IMG/VR virus record: IMGVR_UViG_3300046499_000850
Strand: one strand, 5' to 3'
DNA length: 64,000 nt
Source: a virus
Taxonomy: Duplodnaviria > Heunggongvirae > Uroviricota > Caudoviricetes
Part shown: piece after piece, positions 38,618 through 46,621 of the stretch
Position numbering within the stretch: position 1 is the first letter of the stretch
Layout of the letters: each line of letters begins with the position of its first letter
The notes under the pieces: generated by a model
The model's database searches: none
Told to the model about the DNA's origin: nothing
Seen by the model: only the letters and a program-made list of their open reading frames with translations
Position numbers and translations under genes: made by a program

Positions 38618-38911
38618 ATGGCTACTCCCCTCATCGACCTGATCGTCGGTAAACTGCAACTGATCGGTGGTGCCGCCATCGACGACCATGCAGCACACAA
38701 AGAAATGCTGTTCGATCGTCTCAGCAAAATCAGTGCGGTTGGCGTGATACGTGGCAAGATCGTCGGTTTCATTCCCGACGCCACGCAAGACCAATGCGTC
38801 AACGAACTGTACATCGGCGAAGAAGGCATGGTCCACATCGGTCGCAGCGCCGTCGGCATCATCGCTCCGGGCCAGTGCAGCACCCACATTAGCAACATCA
38901 CCCGTATCTAA
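38618..38911 (+). CDS. early-region paralog A (97 aa; LYIGEEG family)
   Basis: AAAGGA RBS; IDDH...LYIGEEGMVHIGR shared with 39262 and 42871. Confidence 0.75.
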   Translation: MATPLIDLIVGKLQLIGGAAIDDHAAHKEMLFDRLSKISAVGVIRGKIVGFIPDATQDQCVNELYIGEEGMVHIGRSAVGIIAPGQCSTHISNITRI

Positions 38912-38932
38912 TCTTTTTATAAGGAGAGCATC

Positions 38933-39178
38933 ATGAAAGTCTTTTCCAAAGTCATCTACGTCGCCTGGATTATCGCCGCTTTCGCCGCTCTGTTCTTCTC
39001 GGACGAGCTGAAGCTGCAACTGGAGCACACGGCCTGGGTGATCGTGCAAGCCATCGCTTGCCTGCAGATCCTGTTCGGCTGCATCATCAACCCGATCATC
39101 AAGCACTACCTGCAACACCAACGTGATGTCGCGTTCCGCAAGGTCGCCGATGTGATGCTGAAAAGCATCGTGAAATAA
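38933..39178 (+). CDS. small two-TM membrane protein (81 aa)
   Basis: AAGGAG RBS; two hydrophobic helices. Confidence 0.75.
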   Translation: MKVFSKVIYVAWIIAAFAALFFSDELKLQLEHTAWVIVQAIACLQILFGCIINPIIKHYLQHQRDVAFRKVADVMLKSIVK

Positions 39179-39185
39179 ATAGAGC

Positions 39186-39224
39186 AATCTCCTAGCTCGC
39201 TGGATGCGGGCTAGTGGATGTACT
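39186..39224 (+). repeat. CTAGC-hairpin intergenic element, copy 2
   Basis: AATCTC-CTAGCTCGC-TGGAT-GCGGGCTAG-TGGATGTACT. Confidence 0.85.
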
Positions 39225-39261
39225 TTATTCTTCCCTAATAATCAACAACAAGGAGTTTATC

Positions 39262-39618
39262 ATGATCAAGACCTTCGAAGCCATCCAAGCCGCCATCATC
39301 GCCAACAACGGCATGGTGATCGACGACCATCGTAGCGGCCGCGAGCCAGCTGAACAACTGCGCAAGGTGCACGGCATCGCCAAGTACGCCAAGGACACCG
39401 TGTACCTGTGCAGCGCTGACGAAACCCCGTACTTCTGCCTGAACGGCATGTATGTGGATGAAGAGGGCAAACCACACCTGTCGCGTTGGTCGGTCGGCGG
39501 CGTGATCGAGACACGCAATCACGGCGGCCTGATGGAAGGCATCCGCGCGTACAACGATCCGAAGAATTGGATACCTGGCTTCACCATCACCGAAGTCCGC
39601 GCCGTCGTTCTGTTTTAA
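39262..39618 (+). CDS. early-region paralog B (118 aa)
   Basis: AAGGAG RBS; TFEAI.AAI.ANNG.VIDDH...MYVDEEGKPHLSR...NHGGL. Confidence 0.8.
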   Translation: MIKTFEAIQAAIIANNGMVIDDHRSGREPAEQLRKVHGIAKYAKDTVYLCSADETPYFCLNGMYVDEEGKPHLSRWSVGGVIETRNHGGLMEGIRAYNDPKNWIPGFTITEVRAVVLF

Positions 39619-39629
39619 ACATTCAAAGT

Positions 39630-39671
39630 AATCTCCTAGCTACCCTAGAATGGGTGGCTAGTGGATGCGCT
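39630..39671 (+). repeat. CTAGC-hairpin intergenic element, copy 3
   Basis: AATCTC-CTAGCTACCC-TAGAAT-GGGTGGCTAG-TGGATGCGCT. Confidence 0.85.
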
Positions 39672-39703
39672 TTGCATCAACTAACCCTAAAAGGAGTTTT
39701 GTC

Positions 39704-40372
39704 ATGAAAAAGTTTGTTTTCCTGATGCTGCTGGCTTTCGCTTCGTTCTTCAACTCGGCCCAGGCCACCGTGATCGGCGATACCTCCGACCACAACGCTG
39801 TGCAGAATAGCTGCTACCCGTTCGCCTGCGCTATCGGTGCCGGCAGCTATCAGCAGCTGTACTCGTACAAGGATTTCGATGGCAAGATGAACATCGGTTC
39901 CTTGATGTTCGACGCGAACTACAGCGGCGACTCGATCTACAGCCCGAACGTGAGCGATGGCGTGTTCACCGTCACGCTGTCGACGGTGGATAAGCTGGCC
40001 TTCCCGACCAGCCTGAACCACTTCAGCGGTCAGTCGAACGTCCAAGTGGTGTACCAAGGCAAACTGCCGGCCATGAAAGACTGGTACAGCCTGCAGATCA
40101 ACCTGCAAGACACCTACTTCTACGATCCGGCGCTGGAGCAGAATCTGGTGATGCAGGTGGACTGGACGGATGCCAACGTGGCCTACAATACGCCGACCTT
40201 CGTCAACGGTACCGGCACCTGGGGCCGTCTGGATTCGATCAACGTGCCGTCGTTCAACCATGACTACGGCCTGGTGACGCACTTCTCGGATGTGCCGGAA
40301 CCGGGTTCGCTGGCGCTGATCGGTCTGGGGATGTTCGGTCTGTTCGGTCTGCGTCGTCGTTCGGCGAAGTAA
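39704..40372 (+). CDS. PEP-CTERM sorting-domain surface protein (222 aa)
   Basis: Signal peptide MKKFVFLMLLAFASFFNSAQA; C-terminal VPEPGSLALIGLGMFGLFGLRRRSAK is a canonical PEP-CTERM (PEP + TM + basic tail). Confidence 0.92.
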   Translation: MKKFVFLMLLAFASFFNSAQATVIGDTSDHNAVQNSCYPFACAIGAGSYQQLYSYKDFDGKMNIGSLMFDANYSGDSIYSPNVSDGVFTVTLSTVDKLAFPTSLNHFSGQSNVQVVYQGKLPAMKDWYSLQINLQDTYFYDPALEQNLVMQVDWTDANVAYNTPTFVNGTGTWGRLDSINVPSFNHDYGLVTHFSDVPEPGSLALIGLGMFGLFGLRRRSAK

Positions 40373-40384
40373 TCTCAGCAGAGT

Positions 40385-40425
40385 AATCGTCCTAGCTCGT
40401 TTCATCGCGGGCTAGGGGATGCGCT
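40385..40425 (+). repeat. CTAGC-hairpin intergenic element, copy 4
   Basis: AATCGTC-CTAGCTCG...CGGGCTAG-GGGATGCGCT. Confidence 0.8.
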
Positions 40426-40509
40426 TCTGCACCTTTTCCGGTGAGAAAATACTTGGCATCATCATTAAGTGAGTTTCGCAAAAACTCATTCATAAACCCA
40501 GGAGAACCC

Positions 40510-42159
40510 ATGAAACAACAGCAACCACAGGCAGCAGCCCCGTTCACGTTGAACTCGGACTTCTCGAAAATCAAACTGACAGGGCAAGCTGCCATGGAGA
40601 ACATCCACGCTGACCTCGCCATCTTCGACCTGATGGAGGATGGAGTGCGTCGCACAGTGACGCAAGTGGAACAAGCGTTGGTTCCGCTTGGCTACAACCG
40701 CCGTCATGTCAACAACCGCATGGTCAATCTGCTGTACAAGAAAAAGACCTTCGTGGCGGACGGCAACGTGCAGGGTGCGGCGGCGTACGTGATTAAGAAA
40801 GGCGCCAAGCGCCCGATCGAACGCACGGCTGCCGTAGAGACGGCACCCATCGACAGCCAGATCAAGATCCCGCCAGCAGCAGAGCAACGGTTCAAACCGG
40901 TGGCTGCTGTCAAACCCTCTCCTCTGGTACCGACGGTAGCTGCACCGACGGTAGAGGAACTTTCGGTTACGCCGACGACTTACGTGGTCGAGCAGACGGA
41001 CCCGGTGCAAGTGGCAATCTGGAAAACCATGCACGACCACGAGTCGTACACGGTTCAGGATCTAGCGACGCTGCTGGACCATATCTCGCTGCGCGCCATC
41101 GAATCGACGATGAAGATCATGAACGACAAAGGCATGTTCGAGGTGACTCCTGCACAGGGCAGAAACCCGGCGATCTACACGCTGATCGAAGGTGTGCCTA
41201 TGCCGGAAGGTCTGCCGGCGTACCACCCGCGTCTGGGCATGCGCAAGTCGACGGAGAACAACGTCGAACCTGTGGCCGAGAAACCGGTGGAGCAAGCTTC
41301 GGGTGCGATCCTGCCCGCTTACCAAGAAATCTTGGATGCTACCAGCCACCTGAAGACCTTCACGATTCCGGATGCGGCTCGCCTCGTGCCGCATGCACCG
41401 CCGCGCTCGGTTGAAGGTCGGGTTCGCCGTATGGCCGAAGAAGGTCTGCTGCTGGTGTCCCGTCCAGAGGGCAGCAAGTCCAATGTGTACGAAGCAGCAT
41501 CGCGCAAAGCCAAGGACGACCAAAAGGTCAAAGACACGATGGCCCAGCTCGACGCCAGGCTCGCGCAGTATCAAACCAACGCTACTTCCTCGACGACGCT
41601 CAAGCAAGTCGAGACCCAGAAGGACGCCCCTCAAGCCCAGCTCCCGCTGACCGACGCTGCCTCCCCGGCGGATCAGTCGCAACCCTACACCCCGGGCTGG
41701 GAAAACAAGCTCGACGAATTGGCACAAGTGGGTACCAACCGCGAAGCCGAACTCGCCGAGCAAGCGCGCCAGGAGGAACTGGCCGCCCGTGAAGCCGCTG
41801 CGGAAGAAGAATGCCGCCGCGCTGAAGCTGCCGCCCAAGCCGCTCAGGCTGCTAAGCCGGACGTCAAGCATTTCAAAGATCCGGCCCCGGTGAAAGAAAT
41901 CAAACCGGGTGTGTTTGTTCTGGATGAAACCCCGCTGGTGCAAGTTGGTGGAATCTTCGTCAAGGGCAAGCGCTTTAGCTTCAAAGAAGCCGTCGAGTTG
42001 CTGAAAGAACTCGAAGAGGCTGGCTTCGGTGAAGAGATCGAGGACTTCCAGAACGATAATCGTAAGTATCTGAAGCTGCAACTCATGATTGCCGATCTGC
42101 CGTTTACCCCGATCGAGGCACAAAACCTCACCCTGCAACTCAAGAAAGAACTGAGCTAA
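40510..42159 (+). CDS. multi winged-helix DNA-binding protein (549 aa)
   Basis: Up to three wHTH-like segments (IWKTM..ESYTVQDLATLL..SLRAIESTMKIM.DKGMFEV..GRNPAIYTL; ILDAT..TFTIPDAARLV..RSVEGRVRRMAEEGLLLV..SNVYEA) joined by P/A/E-rich linkers. Confidence 0.6.
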   Translation: MKQQQPQAAAPFTLNSDFSKIKLTGQAAMENIHADLAIFDLMEDGVRRTVTQVEQALVPLGYNRRHVNNRMVNLLYKKKTFVADGNVQGAAAYVIKKGAKRPIERTAAVETAPIDSQIKIPPAAEQRFKPVAAVKPSPLVPTVAAPTVEELSVTPTTYVVEQTDPVQVAIWKTMHDHESYTVQDLATLLDHISLRAIESTMKIMNDKGMFEVTPAQGRNPAIYTLIEGVPMPEGLPAYHPRLGMRKSTENNVEPVAEKPVEQASGAILPAYQEILDATSHLKTFTIPDAARLVPHAPPRSVEGRVRRMAEEGLLLVSRPEGSKSNVYEAASRKAKDDQKVKDTMAQLDARLAQYQTNATSSTTLKQVETQKDAPQAQLPLTDAASPADQSQPYTPGWENKLDELAQVGTNREAELAEQARQEELAAREAAAEEECRRAEAAAQAAQAAKPDVKHFKDPAPVKEIKPGVFVLDETPLVQVGGIFVKGKRFSFKEAVELLKELEEAGFGEEIEDFQNDNRKYLKLQLMIADLPFTPIEAQNLTLQLKKELS

Positions 42160-42275
42160 TACTCGCACGACGGAGTTGCCTTCGGGTGGCTCCGTTGTAT
42201 GAGGTTATATCAGAGAGACTTCGGTTTCTCTCATGTATCCTTCTACCCAATAATCAACAACAAGGAGTTATTATC

Positions 42276-42602
42276 ATGCAAACCACCAATCCTTCGCAAG
42301 CTGACATCGATGACATTTTGGCTGCCATCCGCATGGGCGCTGTTGAAGCGCTGACGCTCGAACCCTTGATCTGGGTGGAGATCCTGATCTGTCAAGCGGA
42401 AGCAAAGATGGAACAAGCAACCGGCGCGGTCAAACATATCTGGGCCATGGCCAAGCAATACGGCGACGACCACCCGGTCACTGTTCAAGCGCGCCAATTC
42501 GCCACGCAACTGAATAACGAAGCCGTGCAGATTAACACGGTGGCACGTAAGTTGCATGAAGCCAACAAAGCATTTCTGCAACAAAACGTGACTTTTTATT
42601 AA
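42276..42602 (+). CDS. hypothetical helical protein (108 aa)
   Basis: AATCAACAACAAGGAG leader. Confidence 0.75.
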   Translation: MQTTNPSQADIDDILAAIRMGAVEALTLEPLIWVEILICQAEAKMEQATGAVKHIWAMAKQYGDDHPVTVQARQFATQLNNEAVQINTVARKLHEANKAFLQQNVTFY

Positions 42603-42626
42603 TAATCAACAACAAGGAGATTTACC

Positions 42627-42785
42627 ATGCGTCACTATGTCACCAACGAATTCAACAACTCGGCCATCGCTAAAGGTATCGCTGCTGAAAAACGCGAAGC
42701 CACCGACGGCAAGATTAACTCCGCTGTCGCCACTGTTCTGTTCATCGCGGTGGTCTGCATTTTCAAACACGCTATCGGCGGTTAA
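42627..42785 (+). CDS. small single-TM protein (52 aa), missed by the ORF track
   Basis: Manual translation MRHYVTNEFNNSAIAKGIAAEKREATDGKINSAVATVLFIAVVCIFKHAIGG*; AATCAACAACAAGGAG leader. Confidence 0.75.
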   Translation: MRHYVTNEFNNSAIAKGIAAEKREATDGKINSAVATVLFIAVVCIFKHAIGG

Positions 42786-42870
42786 ACCGCTGAATCGGGA
42801 TAGAGCTAAAACTCTATCCCATCGATCTTTTTTTAGTAGCTTTTTATCAACTACTCAAGGAGGTGTTGCC

Positions 42871-43242
42871 ATGCCCGCTACATTTGAACAAATCGTCGAT
42901 GCTATTAACGCTAACGAAGGTCAAGTGATGGACGACTGTCTTCAGGCGTTGCCTGCGGAACGTCGGAAAAGCAAAGCTGGTGCGATCGCCCGTTATGGTG
43001 CGGCCGTGGTGCACCTGACCGTCAACGACCGTAGTCCATGCACGACGATGGGGGTGATGTACCTAGGTGAGGATGGTATCGCCCACATCAGCAGGAACAT
43101 GGTCGGTCCAGTACTCTGTCCAGCTAACCATGGCGGTCTGCAAAAAGCCGTGGCACACCACAACCTAGAAAACGCCAGAGGGGCAGTCGGCCAAGGGCGT
43201 TCTTGGGATACGTTAGCGATTGAACAGCTCACTTACCCTTAA
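42871..43242 (+). CDS. early-region paralog C (123 aa; start moved from 42637)
   Basis: AAGGAGG RBS; TFEQIVDAINANEGQVMDD...MYLGEDGIAHISR...NHGGL. Confidence 0.8.
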   Translation: MPATFEQIVDAINANEGQVMDDCLQALPAERRKSKAGAIARYGAAVVHLTVNDRSPCTTMGVMYLGEDGIAHISRNMVGPVLCPANHGGLQKAVAHHNLENARGAVGQGRSWDTLAIEQLTYP

Positions 43243-43253
43243 AGGTAAAAGCC

Positions 43254-43610
43254 ATGCAAGTTTCCTTGAAGGTAATGGCTAGGGCTGTGGTAGGCGGTCT
43301 GCTTGTGAGTGGGTCACTTACCATGCTGGTATTTGGTCCGAGTTTTTTCGTGATCGTCAGTTACCATTGGTTCTTGACAGAAGCAAAACGGAACGAGATG
43401 TTCACTTGGTATCCACCAGGGTTGTTGAACTACGGAATTTTCTCGTCACGTTCACTCGACGCGCTAGCCATGCTGCTCATCGGCTTGTTTCTGGCAATCC
43501 CAGTGTGGCGCACTTACCGTTACGCCAAACGGACAGTCACCGCCGTTGCCGGACTGGTCGGGCTTTGGACGCTTTACGTGTTTAACGCTGTGTTTTCCCA
43601 TTTATTCTAG
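43254..43610 (+). CDS. multi-TM membrane protein (118 aa)
   Basis: Three hydrophobic segments; AAGG RBS. Confidence 0.7.
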   Translation: MQVSLKVMARAVVGGLLVSGSLTMLVFGPSFFVIVSYHWFLTEAKRNEMFTWYPPGLLNYGIFSSRSLDALAMLLIGLFLAIPVWRTYRYAKRTVTAVAGLVGLWTLYVFNAVFSHLF

Positions 43611-43624
43611 TCAAGAAGACTTAG

Positions 43625-43662
43625 GGGATAGGGCGCTTGCCCTATCCCGTATGCCTTTTTTA
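43625..43662 (+). terminator. hairpin + TATGCC + T-tract
   Basis: GGGATAGGGC-GCTT-GCCCTATCCC-G-TATGCCTTTTTT. Confidence 0.75.
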
Positions 43663-43695
43663 TTCCGTTACCATATCAAAAGAAAGGAGCCTAAC

Positions 43696-44115
43696 ATGGC
43701 CACCAAAGCAGGCAAGGTCCACTTCAAGGATATCAAGCGCGGTAAGACGTTTTACCTCGTGCGCGCTGATTTCCCGATCATCAGCAGCATGCTGGTCGGT
43801 GAAGGTGAAGTTGAACAGATCCGACGTATCCGCGTCACGAGTCGTCCGTTCTGGCGCAAGCTGTCAGCGACACCAGCCTTCAATTACGTTGACGATCACT
43901 GTAACGAAGGTTGGGTGAACCTCGCTGAGATGGAACTCAACCATAGCAGCTTCGAAGTACAGCACAACTGTCCGTACATGGTGGTGCTCGCCAACAAGGC
44001 GGCTATGCAACGTTTCGTCAAGACGTTCGAGCAACGCAAACCCACCAAGGCAGAAGCGGCCCGTACGATGACACGTGAAGCCATGCTCAACGCTAAGCAA
44101 CGTGGTTTGTCATAA
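43696..44115 (+). CDS. hypothetical basic protein (139 aa)
   Basis: AAGGAG RBS before ATG 43696. Confidence 0.75.
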   Translation: MATKAGKVHFKDIKRGKTFYLVRADFPIISSMLVGEGEVEQIRRIRVTSRPFWRKLSATPAFNYVDDHCNEGWVNLAEMELNHSSFEVQHNCPYMVVLANKAAMQRFVKTFEQRKPTKAEAARTMTREAMLNAKQRGLS

Positions 44116-44138
44116 TCAACAACAACTAGGAGAACATC

Positions 44139-44561
44139 ATGAGTAACAAAACCATTCCTTTCGTTCCGAGCGTTATGCTGATCAACGGTCACGCGCTGAA
44201 TGCGGATGAGCTGCATGCGGTTTCGATTGCGCTGCGCCGTGCGTTTGTCGAACAGTCGGTCAATATCGAAAACGTGCAAAGCGTTCCGGAAAATGTCAGC
44301 GACAAGATCAACCGGTTCAACGAGCGGCGCGCCCTCTTCAACCTGATTGAACGAGTCGATGGTGTAATACCTACTATCCCGTTGGTCAATGCCGGCGGCT
44401 ACGAGTGCGGCATCGAACTCAACTCATACTTCCTCAATTCCGAGGACGTGAGTCGTATTCGGAATGCCTTGATCTGGATGCGGGATAATTGGCTTCTGGA
44501 CCATGAAGCGATCCGCAAGGTCACCATCGGCGTTATCGAGCGCATCGAAGGCAAATCTTAA
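44139..44561 (+). CDS. hypothetical protein with internal duplication (140 aa)
   Basis: LINGHALNADELHAVSIAL and IELNSYFLNSEDVSRIRNAL repeats; AGGAG RBS. Confidence 0.7.
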   Translation: MSNKTIPFVPSVMLINGHALNADELHAVSIALRRAFVEQSVNIENVQSVPENVSDKINRFNERRALFNLIERVDGVIPTIPLVNAGGYECGIELNSYFLNSEDVSRIRNALIWMRDNWLLDHEAIRKVTIGVIERIEGKS

Positions 44562-44581
44562 TTAACAAGAAAGGAAGTAAC

Positions 44582-45370
44582 GTGAACAATCAACAACAAA
44601 TAACACCTCTCGGTCATCAAAACAGCTATACCGATCTTTTTGGTGTGCTAGTGATGGAATTGCTGGGAAGTCAACAAATCTCACCTGAACTTCTGAAGAT
44701 GAAGCTGCTGGATTACTTCCAAAAGAAGTTTCCTCAACAACACCATGTTTCCTGGGTCGCCAACATCACCTTCGACTCGTTCATGGAAGGTCGTATGAAT
44801 CTTCGCCAGTTCAACGACATCTTTGACGCGTTGGGCGCCACATTAACCTTCATGGTGGCGGTGAAAGACGTCGAAGAACCGTCGAAGAATGAAGGTGCAG
44901 ATTCCCCGACAGCGTTCGCTTATCCGGCGATCTGGGATCAGCCGGTCGATGATCTCGACATCACGGCGCGCGCAGTCAACTGCCTAAAGCATGCAGCTGA
45001 ACCGGCCGTCGAGTACATCGGTCAACTCGTAGCGATGCACCCGAATGCGCTCCTGAAAATCGTGAATGTCGGCCACTCGACGGCGCGTAACATCGAGATC
45101 GCCTTGGCCAACCACGGTCTGAAACTCGGTACAGACATCGGTAAATGGGTGTCGCCGAAACAGCGCGAGATGGTTGAATGGGATATCTATAAGCTGGGTT
45201 TGGACCCCCGGACCACTGTGGTGCTGCGGCAGGCAGGTATCGTGAAAGTCGGCGATCTCCTCTCGAAGACTGAGGAAGAGATCGCCGGGATCGAATTTCT
45301 CGGACGTGAAAGGTTTTACGAGATCCGCGAGCTGCTCAGCAATAAAGGCTTGAAACTGCGTAAACCGTAA
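44582..45370 (+). CDS. protein with two tandem RNA polymerase alpha C-terminal domain (alpha-CTD)-like domains
   Basis: PVDDLDITARAVNCLK..VEYIGQLV..LLKIVNVGHSTARNIEIALANHGLKLG..W and LGLDPRTTVVLRQAGIVKVGDLL..EEIAGIEFLGRERFYEIRELL..GLKL match RpoA CTD (PVDDLELTVRSANCLK...). Confidence 0.85.
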   Translation: MNNQQQITPLGHQNSYTDLFGVLVMELLGSQQISPELLKMKLLDYFQKKFPQQHHVSWVANITFDSFMEGRMNLRQFNDIFDALGATLTFMVAVKDVEEPSKNEGADSPTAFAYPAIWDQPVDDLDITARAVNCLKHAAEPAVEYIGQLVAMHPNALLKIVNVGHSTARNIEIALANHGLKLGTDIGKWVSPKQREMVEWDIYKLGLDPRTTVVLRQAGIVKVGDLLSKTEEEIAGIEFLGRERFYEIRELLSNKGLKLRKP

Positions 45371-45454
45371 GTCATCTCTATCGACGTCTTTCGCAATCAG
45401 GAGGGCGTCGATGGGGAATGTCTCCCTACAATCAAGAACAGAAGGAGTGTCATC

Positions 45455-45541
45455 ATGAGCACTACCGCACAGGAATTTGCCGCTTGGGCGAAAAGCGCAG
45501 CTGCCGATTTGAAAGACCCGTATCCCGTCAGCAAGAAATAA
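45455..45541 (+). CDS. 28 aa microprotein
   Basis: Manual translation MSTTAQEFAAWAKSAAADLKDPYPVSKK*; A/C leader + GAAGGAG RBS like neighbouring genes. Confidence 0.55.
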   Translation: MSTTAQEFAAWAKSAAADLKDPYPVSKK

Positions 45542-45551
45542 CTACTAAAAG

Positions 45552-45953
45552 ATGAACACTACCCAAGACTTAACCATCTATTCTACCGACAACGCTATAA
45601 CGTGTATCTTCAAAGTCATGTACAGTAAGGGATGGATGACCCGTTTAGAAATCCTTGAAGCGCTCAAATCGTGCCACTACAAGGACACGACGCTGCGCTG
45701 TGCTTTGGCTGGTTCATCCACGACATTGATTGAACGCCATGAACCTCCGCAGCCGAAGAAGGTGGGAAGGAATATCCTCAACTACCGATGGGTGGAAGGG
45801 GCGGTACCGCCCGCGCCAGCGAACCGTGGCCGTAAAAAACAAGTACTGGAAAAGCCAGTCGCTTCACCGACACATACCGAACTATGCGCAGACAGTATTG
45901 ATCGTTTGCTCCACGGCCGGCGCATGAAATCTTGGCCTAGTAAGTATGGTTAA
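45552..45953 (+). CDS. putative winged-helix DNA-binding protein (133 aa)
   Basis: IFKVMYSKGWMTRLEILEAL..YKDTTLRCAL..IER..YRW pattern. Confidence 0.5.
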   Translation: MNTTQDLTIYSTDNAITCIFKVMYSKGWMTRLEILEALKSCHYKDTTLRCALAGSSTTLIERHEPPQPKKVGRNILNYRWVEGAVPPAPANRGRKKQVLEKPVASPTHTELCADSIDRLLHGRRMKSWPSKYG

Positions 45954-45992
45954 ATAGCTGTTTTTTTATAATCAACAACAAGGAGATTTACC

Positions 45993-46391
45993 ATGGCTGG
46001 ATCGAACTACCATACTGTCAAAGACGGTAATCTGTTCTTTGACTTCAAAGGCAATCGCATCATCATGTCAGCAGAAGCAAGTAACTGGCGTGATTCCAAA
46101 TCGGAAAAGACGCCCGTCTACCGTTTCGTGGCGGCGGTCATGAAAAATTTGCTCGCAGGCGACACGCACGGCATGCGGGAAGAATTCCTCAGTATCGACT
46201 TCGACATCGCGAAACTCCTCAAGGACGATCTCGAACGGTCGAGCATGGACGGCAACTACAAAGGCAAGATCCAGATGAGCGAGGAGTACAAACTCAAGTT
46301 CACCCGAATCGCTGACGAGTTCCGTAAGATGGTTGCCACGCTCGACGCGATCGAGTATCACGATGTTCCCACCCCACCCCGTGAAGATTGA
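45993..46391 (+). CDS. hypothetical protein (132 aa)
   Basis: AATCAACAACAAGGAG leader. Confidence 0.75.
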   Translation: MAGSNYHTVKDGNLFFDFKGNRIIMSAEASNWRDSKSEKTPVYRFVAAVMKNLLAGDTHGMREEFLSIDFDIAKLLKDDLERSSMDGNYKGKIQMSEEYKLKFTRIADEFRKMVATLDAIEYHDVPTPPRED

Positions 46392-46402
46392 AAGGAATCA
46401 TC

Positions 46403-46621
46403 ATGAGCGTTACCACGACTGCGGAGCTTACTGTCGACCAGATGCGCAAAGACATTGACACGGCATTCAAATCCACACATCGCGCATTCACTGAAATTCT
46501 GGTAGATCGCGTGTGGGGAGCGGATGAATTCACTGATGAGTTTAAACAGAAGCTCGAAAATGCTCATCGCACGTTGATGGAACTGCGACGTGATATGGGT
46601 GAACCTCGTTTCCTCGATTAA
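46403..46621 (+). CDS. hypothetical protein (72 aa)
   Basis: AAAGGA RBS before ATG 46403. Confidence 0.7.
   Translation: MSVTTTAELTVDQMRKDIDTAFKSTHRAFTEILVDRVWGADEFTDEFKQKLENAHRTLMELRRDMGEPRFLD

Noticed and set aside
38541-40425. Integron attC array or CRISPR interpretation of the repeated hairpins
   Set aside because: No RYYYAAC/GTTRRRY cores and no integrase; the intervening sequences are whole genes of variable length, not spacers; no cas genes
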